A stretch of 63,887 bases of DNA, the filler included, from Sphacelaria rigidula (taxonomy: Eukaryota), in NCBI GenBank assembly GCA_964200075.2. It is 8 parts of 8 records of this genome, joined end to end, with 100 filler letters (N's around TTAATTAATTAA, not from the genome) between each part and the next. Parts side by side here need not be neighbours in the genome. Positions count along the whole stretch, not along the records: positions 8,002 to 15,901 come from CAXNAA020013054.1; positions 16,002 to 23,901 come from CAXNAA020013055.1; positions 24,002 to 31,899 come from CAXNAA020013056.1; 5 more parts are not named here. One strand, given 5' to 3'. The notes below the pieces were generated by a model. The model had not been told where the DNA came from. It saw nothing but the letters and a program-made list of their open reading frames with translations, and made no database searches. Shown in pieces: positions 13,060-25,834 of this stretch. A program made the position numbers and the translations under genes. Position 1 is the stretch's first letter; the number at the start of each line of letters is the position of its first letter.

Positions 13060-15450
13060 GGACGGCTACAAACAGAAACTCCCAACACTCACTTGAGCGG
13101 ATTCGCCTTCGTCCGACGGAGAGAGGGCAGAGGCCGGTCGTTTGCGGCCCTTTGCCATGCTTCTCTTTCTCTCTCGAGAAGAGCCTCTGTAAGTGCTCTC
13201 GTACGACTGCACAAACACCTTCCTGTTAATCTCCGAGGACAAGGTACAAACGCCGAGGGGCGAGATATGAGGTAAGACGTGAGGGTTCAGACGCGTGCGC
13301 TGGAGCATCTGCCCTCGAATATCTCACACACGATCAAGGGAGTTGTCCTAGCTTTTTCGGGGCCAATTGGCGCATGCAAAACAGACCCGAGGTCATCCGG
13401 GAACGTGGCGGCGCGCATTTTCCCCGGGATGTCTCATCGCCTACTTGTAGAGAGGCATCGCTTGTTCGTCACGGGTGGAATCTCATTACCCTCGAAGTCA
13501 GAGGCGGCTTCAGCGCAACTGGGACATCATTTGGAGTATACAGTACACGCGAATGCATAGGGTCCAACATCTCTAAAAACTGAAACAACAGTGCACCGTC
13601 TAAAACTTCAGAATTAGAGGGGTCATTGATCAAGTCACCTGACGAGTACGTCTGTGCACCATGTCACTTGTGTTGGTGCTGCAGCCGCCCATACAGGCAT
13701 CATGAGCATACTTCGAGTAATTGCGCCAAACACAAGGGTTTCACAGTCACGGGTACACGAACAGCTGTCTCCTGGCATGCGCAGCACGCGTCGGTTGCGC
13801 AAAATTGGCGTCGCGCCGATCAAGGCTCTGTCAGCACACATTTTACTTCAGGGGACCCGATGCACCAGCCTTGACCGAAACGTCTCGGCATACCTCGAGT
13901 TGGGGTTTGCCTCAGGGGTGGACGCAAACAGGACATCGTTCAACCACTTTTTAGCCTCTGCTTACTGTTCCGATGTGAAACGATGCCGCTTATTGTTCTT
14001 GGCATTTCAAGTACCACGGTCAGGACCGGAGATTATGGAACCAGAAGAGCTGACGACATTGTGGTTCATGATCTCGGCTGAAACCGTAGATTTACCCGAT
14101 ACTTCGAGGCAAAATTACGGTTTTAGGGGTGGACACAACAGGTGCCAAACTTGCGTGATAAAAGAGAGCCTGCTGCAGCAAAGTGCGGGCATGAAGAGAT
14201 GGTTGACGTCTTGAGCGGGTACGGTTACGTCATGTTAATCGTCGTACTTCAAAAGCTCCCAACAACAGAGGGGTGTACTACTCCCGCGCGCAGTGACTAC
14301 CGGTTCCATCTTGGTGAAGGGAGCTATCGGGCGAGTCAAACAAAGTTGAGTTGTACAGACGTTTGAAGATGGACCAAGAGAGAGAGAGTAAGAGGGCGCT
14401 CGATAATGTGGATTGCTGAGTATCTCGCGCCCGCCGCTTTTTTTAGTTCCTGGAAGCAAGAGCCACGAGCCCATTCAGCCACGAGCCCATTCAGCCAAGC
14501 CAGCCGATCACAAGCGTAGACAATGCTCGCGGGCAGTAAGGGCTATAAAAACACAAACGGGGGAGGCAGCAGTACGATACACGCGCCTATGGAGTGTACT
14601 CGGTCAGACAGTAGAATGCCCGCCACGTGCAACCCCACAGATATCCAAAGCCGGGTGGGTTCCCACCCAAGGTTGCTGCCGCCCTGTGCCGGGCGAGTTG
14701 CGTCGGCCGCACGCGGTTGGCACACCACGCCTCGACTACACGCTCGTCAGCCTCCAATTTCAGAAGAAGGCACAATACCTTCAACACGAAAGCTTACATA
14801 CTTGGTACGGTATAACTCAGATAGGGCTGATAGTCGATTTTCTTACAGCCCGACACCGTCGAGCCGGAGACTATAATTGTTACAGACTTGTCACAGGGGG
14901 GTGTTATACCTCGTAAACTGCGGCAGTCCACACAATCATAGATGGCCCCACGAAGAAGTGCAGGGCACTCAAAGTTCCACACAAGTCACCAACCCAGGTT
15001 CAATCATCAACCGCGACACAATATACATGGACATATGGAAGCATTCTCATTCTTCACCACCGTAACTTCTCACCTTCGCACACAGAAACCCGCGGTTGTT
15101 GAAGGAGTGTTGATGACCCCATCCGAATGTTCTTTCGACATAGCTACGCATAGACCTTAGCCATACGACAGTTGTATCCCACCGGCATGACTGTTGTCAT
15201 GATCCTTGTCACTTTGAATAACACCTCCTACTGCCGGGTTGTCCAGCATTGCCTTGATCAACAATAAGAAGAGAGGAAGAAATAATGGCGTGGGCCTCAG
15301 GAGGAAATTTTACTGTGAAGAAGCATCTTTGCTCGAGGGAGGATTCACGTCAAGCACGCCAGATTATTACTCAGGTTTGGAAACTGTTGTAAAATGCACC
15401 CGTTCGAGGAACTATACTGTACGTACCATGGTATAGGCACTCCTGTACCA
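13060..15450 (+). pseudogene. Highly decayed Ty3/gypsy-like pol remnant (RT, RNase H, integrase)
   Basis: Faint motifs in the expected order: AFVRRREG, ISEDK..TPRG.RYE, GISLPSK..LGHH, GVDAN, VDVLS, VPGELR; many stops and frameshifts. Confidence 0.4.
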
Positions 15451-15901
15451 GCGCAAGAGTTCGGCGTGAAAACCCCTGAGAGACTGCGGCAGGCATGCCC
15501 GCTGGGAGGGAATCTCCCACAAATGCGTGGTTATTTGGGATACCTAGCTTCTCGCCCTCCGGAGGCGATACCTTGGTTTGGACTTCTAGGTACTAAAAGA
15601 TTCAGGAGTTGAGTGCCGAAAAGCTAAGAAAAATCAAGAACCGTGATATCACGTCGATCAGTCAGATGCACAGGCGGACAATCCAGAGATGTCCCGGGGT
15701 TTCCAGTCGGCGGGGGGTGTACTCATGATCATGCATGCCATAGTCATGAAACCATTGAGCTGGCACCCCTACAACGCTGGGACGGAGCACGCCAGGTTTT
15801 CGCCTTACCAGGCTCGCAATCAATCACGGAGCGCGAAGCGCCGTGGTCTGTCCGGCGAGTCGCATGAAGGGTGAACTGCATCCTGCTAAGATTGTTCGGC
15901 C

Positions 15902-16001
15902 NNNNNNNNNNNNNNNNNNNNNNNNNNNNNNNNNNNNNNNNNNNNTTAATTAATTAANNNNNNNNNNNNNNNNNNNNNNNNNNNNNNNNNNNNNNNNNNN
16001 N
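15902..16001. other. Artificial contig spacer
   Basis: N44-TTAATTAATTAA-N44. Confidence 0.98.
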
Positions 16002-16874
16002 AAAAGTTGCGTGGATACCCCTTGGGCCAGCGATCAACTTTTTCCTCCCTTTTGGGCAATAAGGCCGAAGAAATCGTGAATTTGGTGATTCTGAGTCGTG
16101 ATGATTTGTCCTAGCCGTGAAAAGGTGCGTTGCAAAACGAGAATTTTGATTTAATAGGTCGTCATCTCAACACGAGTGACGTCGACATTAACTACGACTT
16201 ATCATATAGGTATTTTGGACATGGCCTACCAGATCGGATCTTTTTTTCCCACCGCACTTTTTGGATCGCAAATTATTTTGCTCAAGGCATCTCTTACGTA
16301 GTACATTTTTTTTCGATCGAAAATGAGCCGTAGGAAAAGCGAAATTATTATCTGATATACGGTGCTTTGAACTATCGTCATTTGTGTTGAAATCGTCCAT
16401 CACGTATCAGTTCGGATTTTTTGTTTTCTACCGCACTTTTTCGATCGGCGAATCATATGCTAAGACAGGGCCTTAGACGAGTTCTGTTTGACCAAAAACA
16501 GTCGTCAAAAAGCTAATGTATATATATTTTTTCATGATTGTGTAGTGACAGAATTTGAAGATTCATCTGAAATATCCGTGGTAGCACATTCAGGCGCAAG
16601 CTCGATCGTACTTCGGTCACTGTCCGTAACCTCTATGTTCAGCTTTGTAGTTGATGGCGTCAATCTGGCCTTGTCAACGCCAGTCGCCGATGCGATACGA
16701 CGTCCGGTGTAGGTTCAATGTATCGGTACTATCCGTACTTGAATGAACGGCCTTAGTTTGCATTTTTCCGGCGGGTCGGCTTTGGCATACAGTACTTCGG
16801 GCTCTAAACGTTTGTGCTTGCTGTTTGTTGCTTGACTGCTTCTTTTTTTGGCCGTTTCGGGGGGAGGGACGCAG

Positions 16875-17005
16875 AGAGCAAGAAAGAAGAAGCTGCAGAG
16901 CCTATTCAAGCAGGGAGTAAGCAAGGTGATGAAGGAGCGGGCCATGGAAATGAACAAGACGGCCAAACTAGCGTCCCTGTACACGTTGGATGCCTTTGCC
17001 GGCCG
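16875..17005 (+). CDS. Two-pore channel-like gene, exon a (N-terminal cytosolic region; gene 5'-partial)
   Basis: CAG|...|GTGAG; RARKKKLQSLFKQ...KLASLYTLDAFAG(R); phase 2 matches the next exon. Confidence 0.7.
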
Positions 17006-17578
17006 GTGAGCTACGGTACAATTACGGTACCTGTACCTGTGGATAGAAGCAATGATTACTCGTTAGGTGACTGCGTGAAAACGAGCTCCGGGTAATGACT
17101 TTTTGGGACCAATTTATCAAGGATGCTTGGAGCAGGGTAGGGTACAAAATACCCATGGGTACTCTGGTAAACTGAATTCTTCATCTGTCGATATCCAGCT
17201 ACCGTGGAGTATTGGACACTCAAAATACCCTTGAAAACCCGGGGTTCCTCATGGTACGCGGCCTGTTCTGAGCACCTTTGCACTTCGTCACCCGGGAGTG
17301 ATGGGAGTGATGTTTAGGGTGGGCAACATGGTCCTTATCTCGATGCAAAACTGTAGACACCGACATGGTGCCTCAAACAACCCCTAGCGTCATCCCCCAT
17401 GGATGTTCCCCAGGGGGTGATATTCACTGCGACGTACGGTACGTGCGAGCATCGTACGCAGTACACTGCACACGTTACGCGGTAGATTCCGATTTAGCAC
17501 GCGTAATCGCTGGACCCCGGCCTCGCTCCCTGGCTCGTTCCTCAACACCCTCACCTTGCTCTTGCTTCCCGACAACAG

Positions 17579-17967
17579 CCTGCAGCACGGCATGGCCGCC
17601 ATGTCTACAAGACCGTGGTACATTTTCGCGGCTTTCCGGCTACAGATAAGCAGGGAGTGGTTGTGGTGCATAATTGCAGCCAGCTTGGCGCACTCCATGT
17701 TGGTGTTCGTAGAGCCAAATAAGCATGGCGAGGAGGGGGAGGCGGGGGCAGGGAGGGGAGGGTGGTTGAGCGGAGGAACTTTGCGAGCGCTGGAGGCACT
17801 GTTCATCGCGGTGTACGCCGTGGACGTGCTGCTGAAGGTAGCCTACATGGGACTCAAGAATTACTGGAAGAAGCCATGGCAGAAACTGATGGTGCTTATA
17901 ACGTTGGTGTTGGCTCTAGATGCGAGCGGGCTCTTCGCGGTGAGGTTTGCGAGGTTTTTGCGTCCAG
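17579..17967 (+). CDS. Two-pore channel-like gene, exon b (S1-S4 of repeat I)
   Basis: CAG|..|GTGAG; LVFVEP, LEALFIAVYAVDVLLK, YWKKPW and S4 RFARFLRP. Confidence 0.85.
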
Positions 17968-19237
17968 GTGAGGGACGGTGTGGCCTTGTGAGAGTGGTAG
18001 GTGGTGCGTGAAGTATGTAAGTGTCATGTGTGTGTTCGTGTGGCCTCCTTTCGGAGAGCTTTTGTTTTATCTTTTTTTTTTCCAAGCAAAGGGTGTGCTT
18101 GACTCCTCCCCTTGATCTATTGGGCGCGGGACAACCGTAAATGGACCCTATATCTCGAACTCTGGAAATACGAGTACGTCCAATCAGGTGCGTTGCAGAG
18201 CGTCCCGAGAATGTTGACCGTGGGTCAGAGATTGGATAACGTGGGGGCACGTAAGAAATCAAAAACTGCTCGCTTACTGTGATCGGGTTTACATGTAGGA
18301 GCAGTCGTCAATGTTGTTACTACAGAAAACATCGCAGCCCTCGGGGTTGGGTTTCGTGTTTTTGTTTCTAGACAGGCGCGGGATTTCGTGTGTTGGTGTG
18401 GTTTGTGTCGCTGCTGTGACCCAGCTGTGTACATACACTGTGTTGGTTTCTGCACCAGTCTCAGTGTGCATGTGTATGTATGTGTAGCCTTATTTTATGA
18501 TGCTGACTTACACCAAGCCATGATGGCATGATGTTTTTCGTGGTAGTACTTGGTCCTTCTGTCTAGCTCTCGCGTCAGTTGTGCCCGAGTCAAGGACATG
18601 TTGTCGCATCCCCCTTTTTTGGGAGGAGGAGGGTTATGATAGGTACTCTTATAGGTGCAGTAGTACGAGAGTAGTGGAATGAAGCAGGGTTTAGATTACT
18701 CTCTATTGGGGAAGGGGGTTGGTGAAGTCAAGTTGGCGTCTGTGCGGGCAGAATTCCAGAATAATGTTGTCGGCTTAAAATATTTCTCGTCACAGCTATG
18801 GTATTGAAACGATGTCAGCATACTAGCTATGGTATTCACAGCCGTGTGCATTCCGTGAGGACTTGGTCAGCAGTGAGCCGCCCTCAGGTGAACGTTGTAT
18901 CCGCTTTTGTCTGCGGGCGACGTCATCCGTCGTGTGCTTGCTTCCACCGTTTGTAATGTGTTCAGTTCGTTGCCCCCTCTGCTCTCCGCACACACCACTC
19001 CCCCTAGCAACAGCAATGACCAGCAATGACAACGCACTCTATGTCTCACATGGTTAAACACGAGTGATTGTCAGAATCCCCAGTAATACTGTGTAACCAC
19101 CATTAACGGATATTTGCCCTCTTTCTCTTTCTTCCCTCCCTGCCCCGACCCCCCTCCTGCCACCACCCCTACCACCATCATGATCAACGGTTTCCGCGGG
19201 CGCGTCCAATGGCCGCATGGCGAAACAAAATAAAAAG

Positions 19238-19427
19238 CCATCTTATCTCTACGAACGCGATCGATTCGGCGATTTTACGCCGTGGTGAGCAATATGCTTC
19301 CCGGGTTTTTGAGGGTCTGTTTGCCAGTGCTGTTCTTCCTGCTACTGAGCGCGAGCTTTGCGGCGCTGTCGTTCGGGCGAGCAAAGGCTGAGTTCGAGAA
19401 CTCCATGTCTGCCGGCTACGCGATTTG
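19238..19427 (+). CDS. Two-pore channel-like gene, exon c (S4-S5 linker, S5, pore helix)
   Basis: AAG|..|GTGAG; ILSLRTRSIRRFYAVVSNMLPGFLRVCLPVLFFLLLSASFAALSFG..EFENSMSAGYAI; phases fit both neighbours. Confidence 0.8.
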
Positions 19428-19827
19428 GTGAGATCATGAGGGATGAAGGGGCGGGTGGATGGGTAGGTGGGTAACCGGGCGTGCAGGTGAACAGATGACA
19501 AGTCATTGTGTACTGTTTCATGGCGGGGCGAGGTACCCGCTCTGGACTGGGGAGGGGAGAGGAGAGGGCGGACGGACAGACGAAAGGGAACGAGGTACCT
19601 TTCATCGCTTTGGTGTGTCCATCTGTTGAATCGGGGTTATTTTCACATAAAAGGTTGAATGTCAGAATCGGGTGTCTCATCTGCGGGCAGCGAAGGGTTT
19701 TGCTTGATCCGTTGAGAGGAAGGACTGTGTTCATTGTGGGTTTTTCCTCGTCAAGAGCAATCATGCGTTCAGATTCGCAAACACGACAAGGCTTGCTTTC
19801 GGCATGCGTGGACTCAAAAACTATCAC

Positions 19828-19829
19828 TA

Positions 19830-19863
<34 letters not shown>
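19828..19863. repeat. (ACT)n microsatellite
   Basis: Direct inspection. Confidence 0.9.
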
Positions 19864-19864
<1 letters not shown>

Positions 19865-20514
19865 GGCACTGGAGGGTGCACGAAATTACGGCACGTTCTC
19901 GTGGCAGAGTCAACGACTCATTTGAAAGCCAACGATACAAGTAAGTAACAATGGTGTGATGAAACGCACCATGAGGAACACTGCCACACAAGGGCAACAC
20001 CACAACAAAACAGAGACCATGGAAACTGAGACATTGAAGATTATGATGGATTGAGGAGAGTGGCGATCACAAGTTAGCTGGCAGTTCTGCACTAGTCCGG
20101 AGTTTGACTACTTTGTGGCATGTTGGGCGGTTTTCATGCTCGTCGAGCCACATGTGTTTTCCCCGCATCTCGTTTTGGCAGCGTTGGTCTCGGCAATACG
20201 TATTCCCTGGATGCACTCCTTTTGCTCTGTCTTCGCGTTTTTCACCGTATGTCAACGAGCGCGCACATGTGAGCATTCAGTATGTGGTGCTTGCACTGTT
20301 TGCTTCATTCGCGCACACTGCAGTATGACACATTTATAGTCTCTTTTCGTTTTACTGTGTGTGTGTTTTTTTTTTCTCCAGTCTACTTTGTGTGTCTTTG
20401 TACCTTTTTGCTTACTTCACTTCAGCGAGTATTTTCCGCGTTGTTTTATCTCGGGTACTGTACGTCTAACCTGTGGCTACCGCTAGATCATGGCTCCTGG
20501 GGGATCAATTGAAA

Positions 20515-20718
20515 GAGAGTTTCGGAAAACGCTTTTTTGTCATTTCAGAGTGCAAATATCTCAGGATCAGAGTGCAGACCATAACAAAAAAAACCGCCTC
20601 ATCGGAAAAACGTCGAGGGAATATCACATTCGACGGAGGGGCAACTTTTTTCTCGTTACTCTCTGATCCTGAGATATTTGCACTCTGAAATGACGGAAAA
20701 GCGTTTTCCGAAACTCTC
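20515..20718. mobile_element. MITE with ~55-bp TIRs (intronic)
   Basis: GAGAGTTTCGGAAAACGCTTTT..TCATTTCAGAGTGCAAATATCTCAGGATCAGAG mirrored at the right end. Confidence 0.85.
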
Positions 20719-20866
20719 TCATGTGCGACAATCAATCGATCGATCGATCGATCGATCGATCGATCAAACGCACACCTTGGAACATGACGCGTGCACACGG
20801 AGGATGACGCGTGCACACGGAGGATGACACGTACACCCGCGCGCCCGTTGTGTCTGTTATGGTCAG

Positions 20867-21035
20867 GATTCTGATGGTGTCGGCGGATAACTACGGAAGC
20901 CTGGTGGATGAGCCGTCGCAACACCCCGCCTACATTCCGTTCGTGGTGATGGTGATCATCGTGGGCTCCATGTTCTTGCTGTCCCTGCTGCTGGGTGTGA
21001 CGTACGATGTCTTCATCGAGCACACCACGGAGCAG
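20867..21035 (+). CDS. Two-pore channel-like gene, exon d (filter and S6 of repeat I)
   Basis: CAG|..|GTGTG; ILMVSADNYG...IIVGSMFLLSLLLGVTYDVF resembles TPC TTANF/NLLLAVVFDTF. Confidence 0.85.
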
Positions 21036-21441
21036 GTGTGTGTATGTCCGCACCTGTACCCGCCACCCGTACTCTTTTTTTGTCGACGTACCCTGGTGTG
21101 TCCACCTATACCCGTTACCTGTACTCCCCCTCTTTTTTTTCAACGTACGCTGTGTAGGTGAGTAATCCGAAGAGGGAAGACTGAGCACTCAGACTTTCAG
21201 AAGAAGAGTGTTACGTACGATGGTCACGAAGATCATATGCAGAAGAAGTGCCGTTCAGCCTCTCTTGTTTTTTTTGTGTCAAATGTTCCTTGTCGTTGCA
21301 CTCTCTGTGGGAAATGTCTCGTCGAGATTTTTCCGGTCAAACGAGATGTTATGATAGTGTAAAGCCTTGCCTTTCGGGCGGTTGTGTCCACCTCTCTTGG
21401 TCCATCGGGTGATGCAGGGTACCGTAGCAGGACGTACCGTT

Positions 21442-21707
21442 GAGTCATGCTATGATAAGCGGGCGGGGGGTGTTTGATTATTCCACAAAAAAAGGGGCTT
21501 ATAGGTGCGTCAGACGACCTATGACAACACATTCGCGTTGCGCTTGTATTTTTAGTTCAGAGCGACTTCAAGCAGTATGAATGAGCTCTATTTATCGGGA
21601 GCAAGCGCGTTCGACCAACCGTTACTTCTATCAACGACGATTGCAAGTAGAATTTCGTGGAAGAAAAGGGCCCAAAATACCCCCACCCCCCTATCGTGGC
21701 ATGACTC
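21442..21707. mobile_element. MITE with GAGTCATG...CATGACTC termini
   Basis: TIR GAGTCATGC(T/C)A(T/C)GATA followed by G-runs; flanks CGTT/CGTG; same terminus at 31811 and 47808. Confidence 0.75.
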
Positions 21708-21855
21708 CGTGGCGGGAGGTACCGTGGCCGATGGTACCGAGCGTAGCGTACACCCAGCATTTTTGTTGTTTACACAATTGAAGCAAGATACCTGTGAGTA
21801 TTTGAGAAGCAGCGTGTTTTGCTTTTGTTTGCTGCTGTGCTTTGTGTTTGCGAAG

Positions 21856-21921
21856 GTGAAAAACGAGAGACTGAAGGAGCTGAGAGGGCTTAACAAGGCT
21901 TTCGCCATCATGGATCCAGAG
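21856..21921 (+). CDS. Two-pore channel-like gene, exon e
   Basis: AAG|VKNERLKELRGLNKAFAIMDPE|GTGAG; start of the EF-hand-like linker. Confidence 0.8.
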
Positions 21922-22665
21922 GTGAGCCGAACGTTATCTCTACCGTCTGCTGCCAGATTGCGGGGAATTTAATTTGCCTGAGTAGGTATGAAGCGAGTGA
22001 TGAATGACGAATGTGCAGTGTGGACAGCATGTTCGTCACTCTTCCCCGGAGTGTGGATGTTCTTATTGTTCAACTGCAAACTCCTCTTTTGAAGTAATCC
22101 CTTCTTATGTCTGCGGGGGGGGAGGGGGGAGGAGGGAATGTTCTCGGGAGCTCCGCTTTACATTTACAATTTCCCATGCCTCTATTATGGCAGGTTTCTA
22201 TTTCAGGCACTGAAGCATGTTTCCGTAAAAACAAAATGTGACGGGCTAGTTGTCGCAAACTTGGCGGAGACTGAGAAAAATAAAACAACGAATAGATATG
22301 GAGAGTGCGCTTTCGACGTTCCTGAGGTTCCGTATTTCCGGTCCCCCAGGCGACATTCACAAGGATCATTCCCCACGACCAAGAGTCTGCGAGCAGTCTG
22401 GTCCTCAGGGGCGCGTACTCGTTGTTGCTTGCCTTGGTCATTTGGCGATTGACCACGCATCCCTTTCGAGACGGAAGGAGGGACTGACTCTCTTATCTCT
22501 AGGACCACCGAGCTGTGCGCGCTCCACACTACTGCAGAACATCCACAGACCCAGATTCCACTACTTGAGCACCGACACAGTACCCCGCGGTAGCTATTTT
22601 CCCGTTGGAGCAAGATGTCCTCATTTTTGCGCTCTACGTTGCCTTTCTCTCCCGTCTTCATCCAG

Positions 22666-22815
22666 GGTACGGGAAAATTGAGCATGGTGGTATGGGATCG
22701 ATTTTTACATCACGTGATGCCTAGAACAACGCAGCAGGAACGGGCGTTGTACTTCGAGATCGCGTCCGGCTTTGCTGACGAGCTGGATGTGCTTGGCTTC
22801 ATGGACCTGCGACAG
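22666..22815 (+). CDS. Two-pore channel-like gene, exon f (EF-hand-like linker; GC donor)
   Basis: CAG|GTGKLSMVVWDRFL...LDVLGFMDLRQ|GCAAGA; exactly 50 codons. Confidence 0.75.
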
Positions 22816-23537
22816 GCAAGAAGACGGATATAGGGAGGATGGCGTGAACGGGGGGGGTGCGGTATGGGCGGGTGCTGACGGATTGTCCATTGAGTCCCGA
22901 GTTTTATTTTACCCTTGATAACGCTGTTGTTGGAATGCTGAACATCGGGGGATTATTAGGAGATTTTGGCGGGAGGGGGGGAGGGGCAGCAGTAGTGGCC
23001 GCGGTTTGCGTCTGTCGCACATATTTGACCATCAATGATGAGTCCTAGGAAGAGCGAAGCTTTTGTACCCCTGTCGAAGGACGTTGCCAATGATCAGCAT
23101 TTGAATCGATCCTTCGCGTTTTGCTGAGTGTGGTATGACTCCCGAGAAACTTCGCGCGAAACTTGTTGTGGCCCCCAGCAAACAACGGACGATGGTTGGA
23201 GGGCTGGTGCTGGATGGTGACTTTTATTGAACCCTTCGATCGCCGGGGGTGGAGTCATTCGTTGAATGGGCACCATTTTCACTCGAAAATATAATAATGA
23301 GATGTTGTAAAACCAGATGATCCGCCCTCGCTGGCGGTCGAAGGGTTGAAGCTTCTTGTTTCCTTGTTGTAGCGGCCGTGCTGTTTTGACTGCATTCCCG
23401 GGGTGTCGTTACGTTGTTATTTTTTCTCGTTGTTGGAATGATGAGCTGGGGTAGTAGTGATGATAATTCTGGAATTGAGACTCGCGTGTTTCCCTGCAAT
23501 ATATTTTGTTCATGGCACGTGCCGTGCTGTATTTCAG

Positions 23538-23700
23538 GTGTTGAGCTACCGGTTCGTTAACGTGAATGCCGTGGAGAGGCAAGGGAAACGGCTCAAGTGG
23601 GAGAAGAAGCCGCGATGGTTGGTGCGCGTGCTGGAGACGATGGAGGGGGCGCTGCACACGCGGTGGTGGAGGAATATCGTGGCTGCGATTGTGTTGCTCG
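23538..23700 (+). CDS. Two-pore channel-like gene, exon g (linker to S1 of repeat II; gene 3'-partial)
   Basis: CAG|VLSYRF...LHTRWWRNIVAAIVLL|GTGAG. Confidence 0.8.
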
Positions 23701-23901
23701 GTGAGTTACTGCTGCCGTACGAGCATTGCCACTACTGAAATGCAGTGCTATTTATAGTGTCCAAACATTTAGTGTATGGTAAAAAGGAGAGGAGGGGGGG
23801 GGGGGGGGGGGGGGGGGGGGAAAAAGGTTTGGTTTTTGGGTGGAGGGAGAGACCCCCCCCCCCCTGTTTTTATTTTCCCCACTTTTGTGGGAGAGAAACT
23901 T

Positions 23902-24001
23902 NNNNNNNNNNNNNNNNNNNNNNNNNNNNNNNNNNNNNNNNNNNNTTAATTAATTAANNNNNNNNNNNNNNNNNNNNNNNNNNNNNNNNNNNNNNNNNNN
24001 N
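23902..24001. other. Artificial contig spacer
   Basis: N44-TTAATTAATTAA-N44. Confidence 0.98.
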
Positions 24002-24724
24002 CCCTGCAATGGAGGGATGGGACTTCAACCTCATTTTATGTTTCAACCCCAAAAATTAGGATCGGCTGCTACTTGTTTCTTGGTATGATGCGACAAAATC
24101 TACATTTGTTTCTCCGTGTTTTTATGCCTGCCTTCAGACAATGTAGTCATTGTCTTTTTTTGTTGCCGAGCGTTGTTTTCGTGCCGACTGTTCGATGCAC
24201 AGTATTTGACCCATATCTTTGATTCTCGAGGGGTGTCTCGGTGCATTGTGGTTCTGCTCTGGCTGAGTATGACACTCAGACCATGTTCTGTTTGTCAATA
24301 TTCGAGGTTGAGTTCGTTCCTGCGTGCCGCCGAGACTCGTTGTAAGAATTAGAGCTCTGTGACGTTTAAAAAATGATATTCGAATAGCCCCATTTCTGTC
24401 AGCTTTTAGCTTTTCAAAGCGCAACATTCGACTCCTGTGTTTTTGCTTCTAAAAGAGAGGGTTTTTTTCCCGAGAGGAAAGGGTACTTGGCGAACGGTTG
24501 TGGTGCTGCTTTGGTGGCGCGAGACACTCAGGCCAGGTCCTGTTTGTCAATATTCAAAGCTGAGTTCGTTCCCCCGTTCTGTTGAGACTCGATTGGAAGA
24601 ACAAGAGACAAGAGTTGATTTATGTACTTTGAAAAGCTCTCCGTCTGTAGTGGTGGTGATTTTCTCCATCATCCGCATGAAAGCGCTTGTTTTGTTGTTT
24701 TGTGCACTCTGTGGAGGTTCCGGG

Positions 24725-24990
24725 ACCACCCTTGGGGGAAGACTGGGCTAGCATGGCGTGCTTGTCTTGTTGTTTTGTTGTTTTTGGCACTCTGAGTATG
24801 AACCACCCTTGGCGAAGGACTGGGCTAGCATGGCGTGCTTGTGTTGTTGTTAAGGCACTCTGTATAAACCACCCTTGGCGAAGGACTGGGCTAGCATGGC
24901 GTGCTTGTTTTGTTGTTTTTGCACTCTGCATGAACCACCCTTGGCGAAGGACTGGGCTAGCATGGCGTGCTTATTTTGTTGTTTTTGCTT
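24725..24990. repeat. Minisatellite, 4 units of ~65-77 bp
   Basis: Core ACCACCCTTGGCGAAGGACTGGGCTAGCATGGCGTGCTT followed by a (TTG)-rich segment and GCACTCTG. Confidence 0.9.
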
Positions 24991-25834
24991 GTCTCCGGTG
25001 TGCCTTTTTTTGCCGTGTCCCCTTTTGTGTTTCTTTCCTGCACGTTTCGTGCGTGTATCTCCCCTACCTCTCCTACCACCGAGTCCCGCTGCGGACTTCG
25101 AACTGTTGGTTCGTGGTCTTACACATTTGGACAGTTTGGCACGATGACGACGTACGAAAAAACAATAGATGGCGGCGACCGTGCGTATCTGACCCACAAC
25201 CTTTCGCGCGGGCGTCCGACCTTGAAACAGAGGTTTCCGCGTACATGTTTGGAAGCCATCGTCGTCGTTGTCACAAGCCGGGCGGGACCTCCTCTACGCG
25301 CGCCTTAGACGACGGCCGCGTGCATCTGACCCACAACACAGCCCAAGCATACTTTTTTAGTGCGCGCCTCCGACCCTGAAACATAGGTTCTCAAGCCGGG
25401 ACCTCCTTTACGCGCGCCGAAGCGACCACATCAACCAATGAGCCTAGGAAAATGGAAGTGGGGCGCTATTTTTCCCAATAAACTTACCCGCCGTCGCCAT
25501 CGCTTCACATTATTCAGTTTCACACTAGCATTTGAAGGCCACACGTGTCCAGCGGGACGTGCAGCGCGGGTGGGTTGGGGTCGTCGCTATGCCGGGTATA
25601 TGCATAATAAGAAACAATAAAACGCCGTGGCAAAGAGAAGTGTACCCCAGGGTCACGGTTTGCGCCGTTGGGGGTGTTGGCATTACCTGTTCTCGTGCCG
25701 CCCGTTCCGAAGCCCCGTGCCACCGCCGCCTCTGCGCGCACCGACCGCGGCAGCCAGGTTTCTTAACTTTTCTCCTCAAGGATACACGATTCCATACCCT
25801 GCAGAACATCAAAGTATTTCTGAGATTGGGTTTT

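Noticed and set aside
24725-24990. CRISPR-like repeat/spacer appearance
   Set aside because: The intervening segments are similar to each other (TTG-rich plus GCACTCTG), so this is a minisatellite; eukaryotic context and no cas genes.
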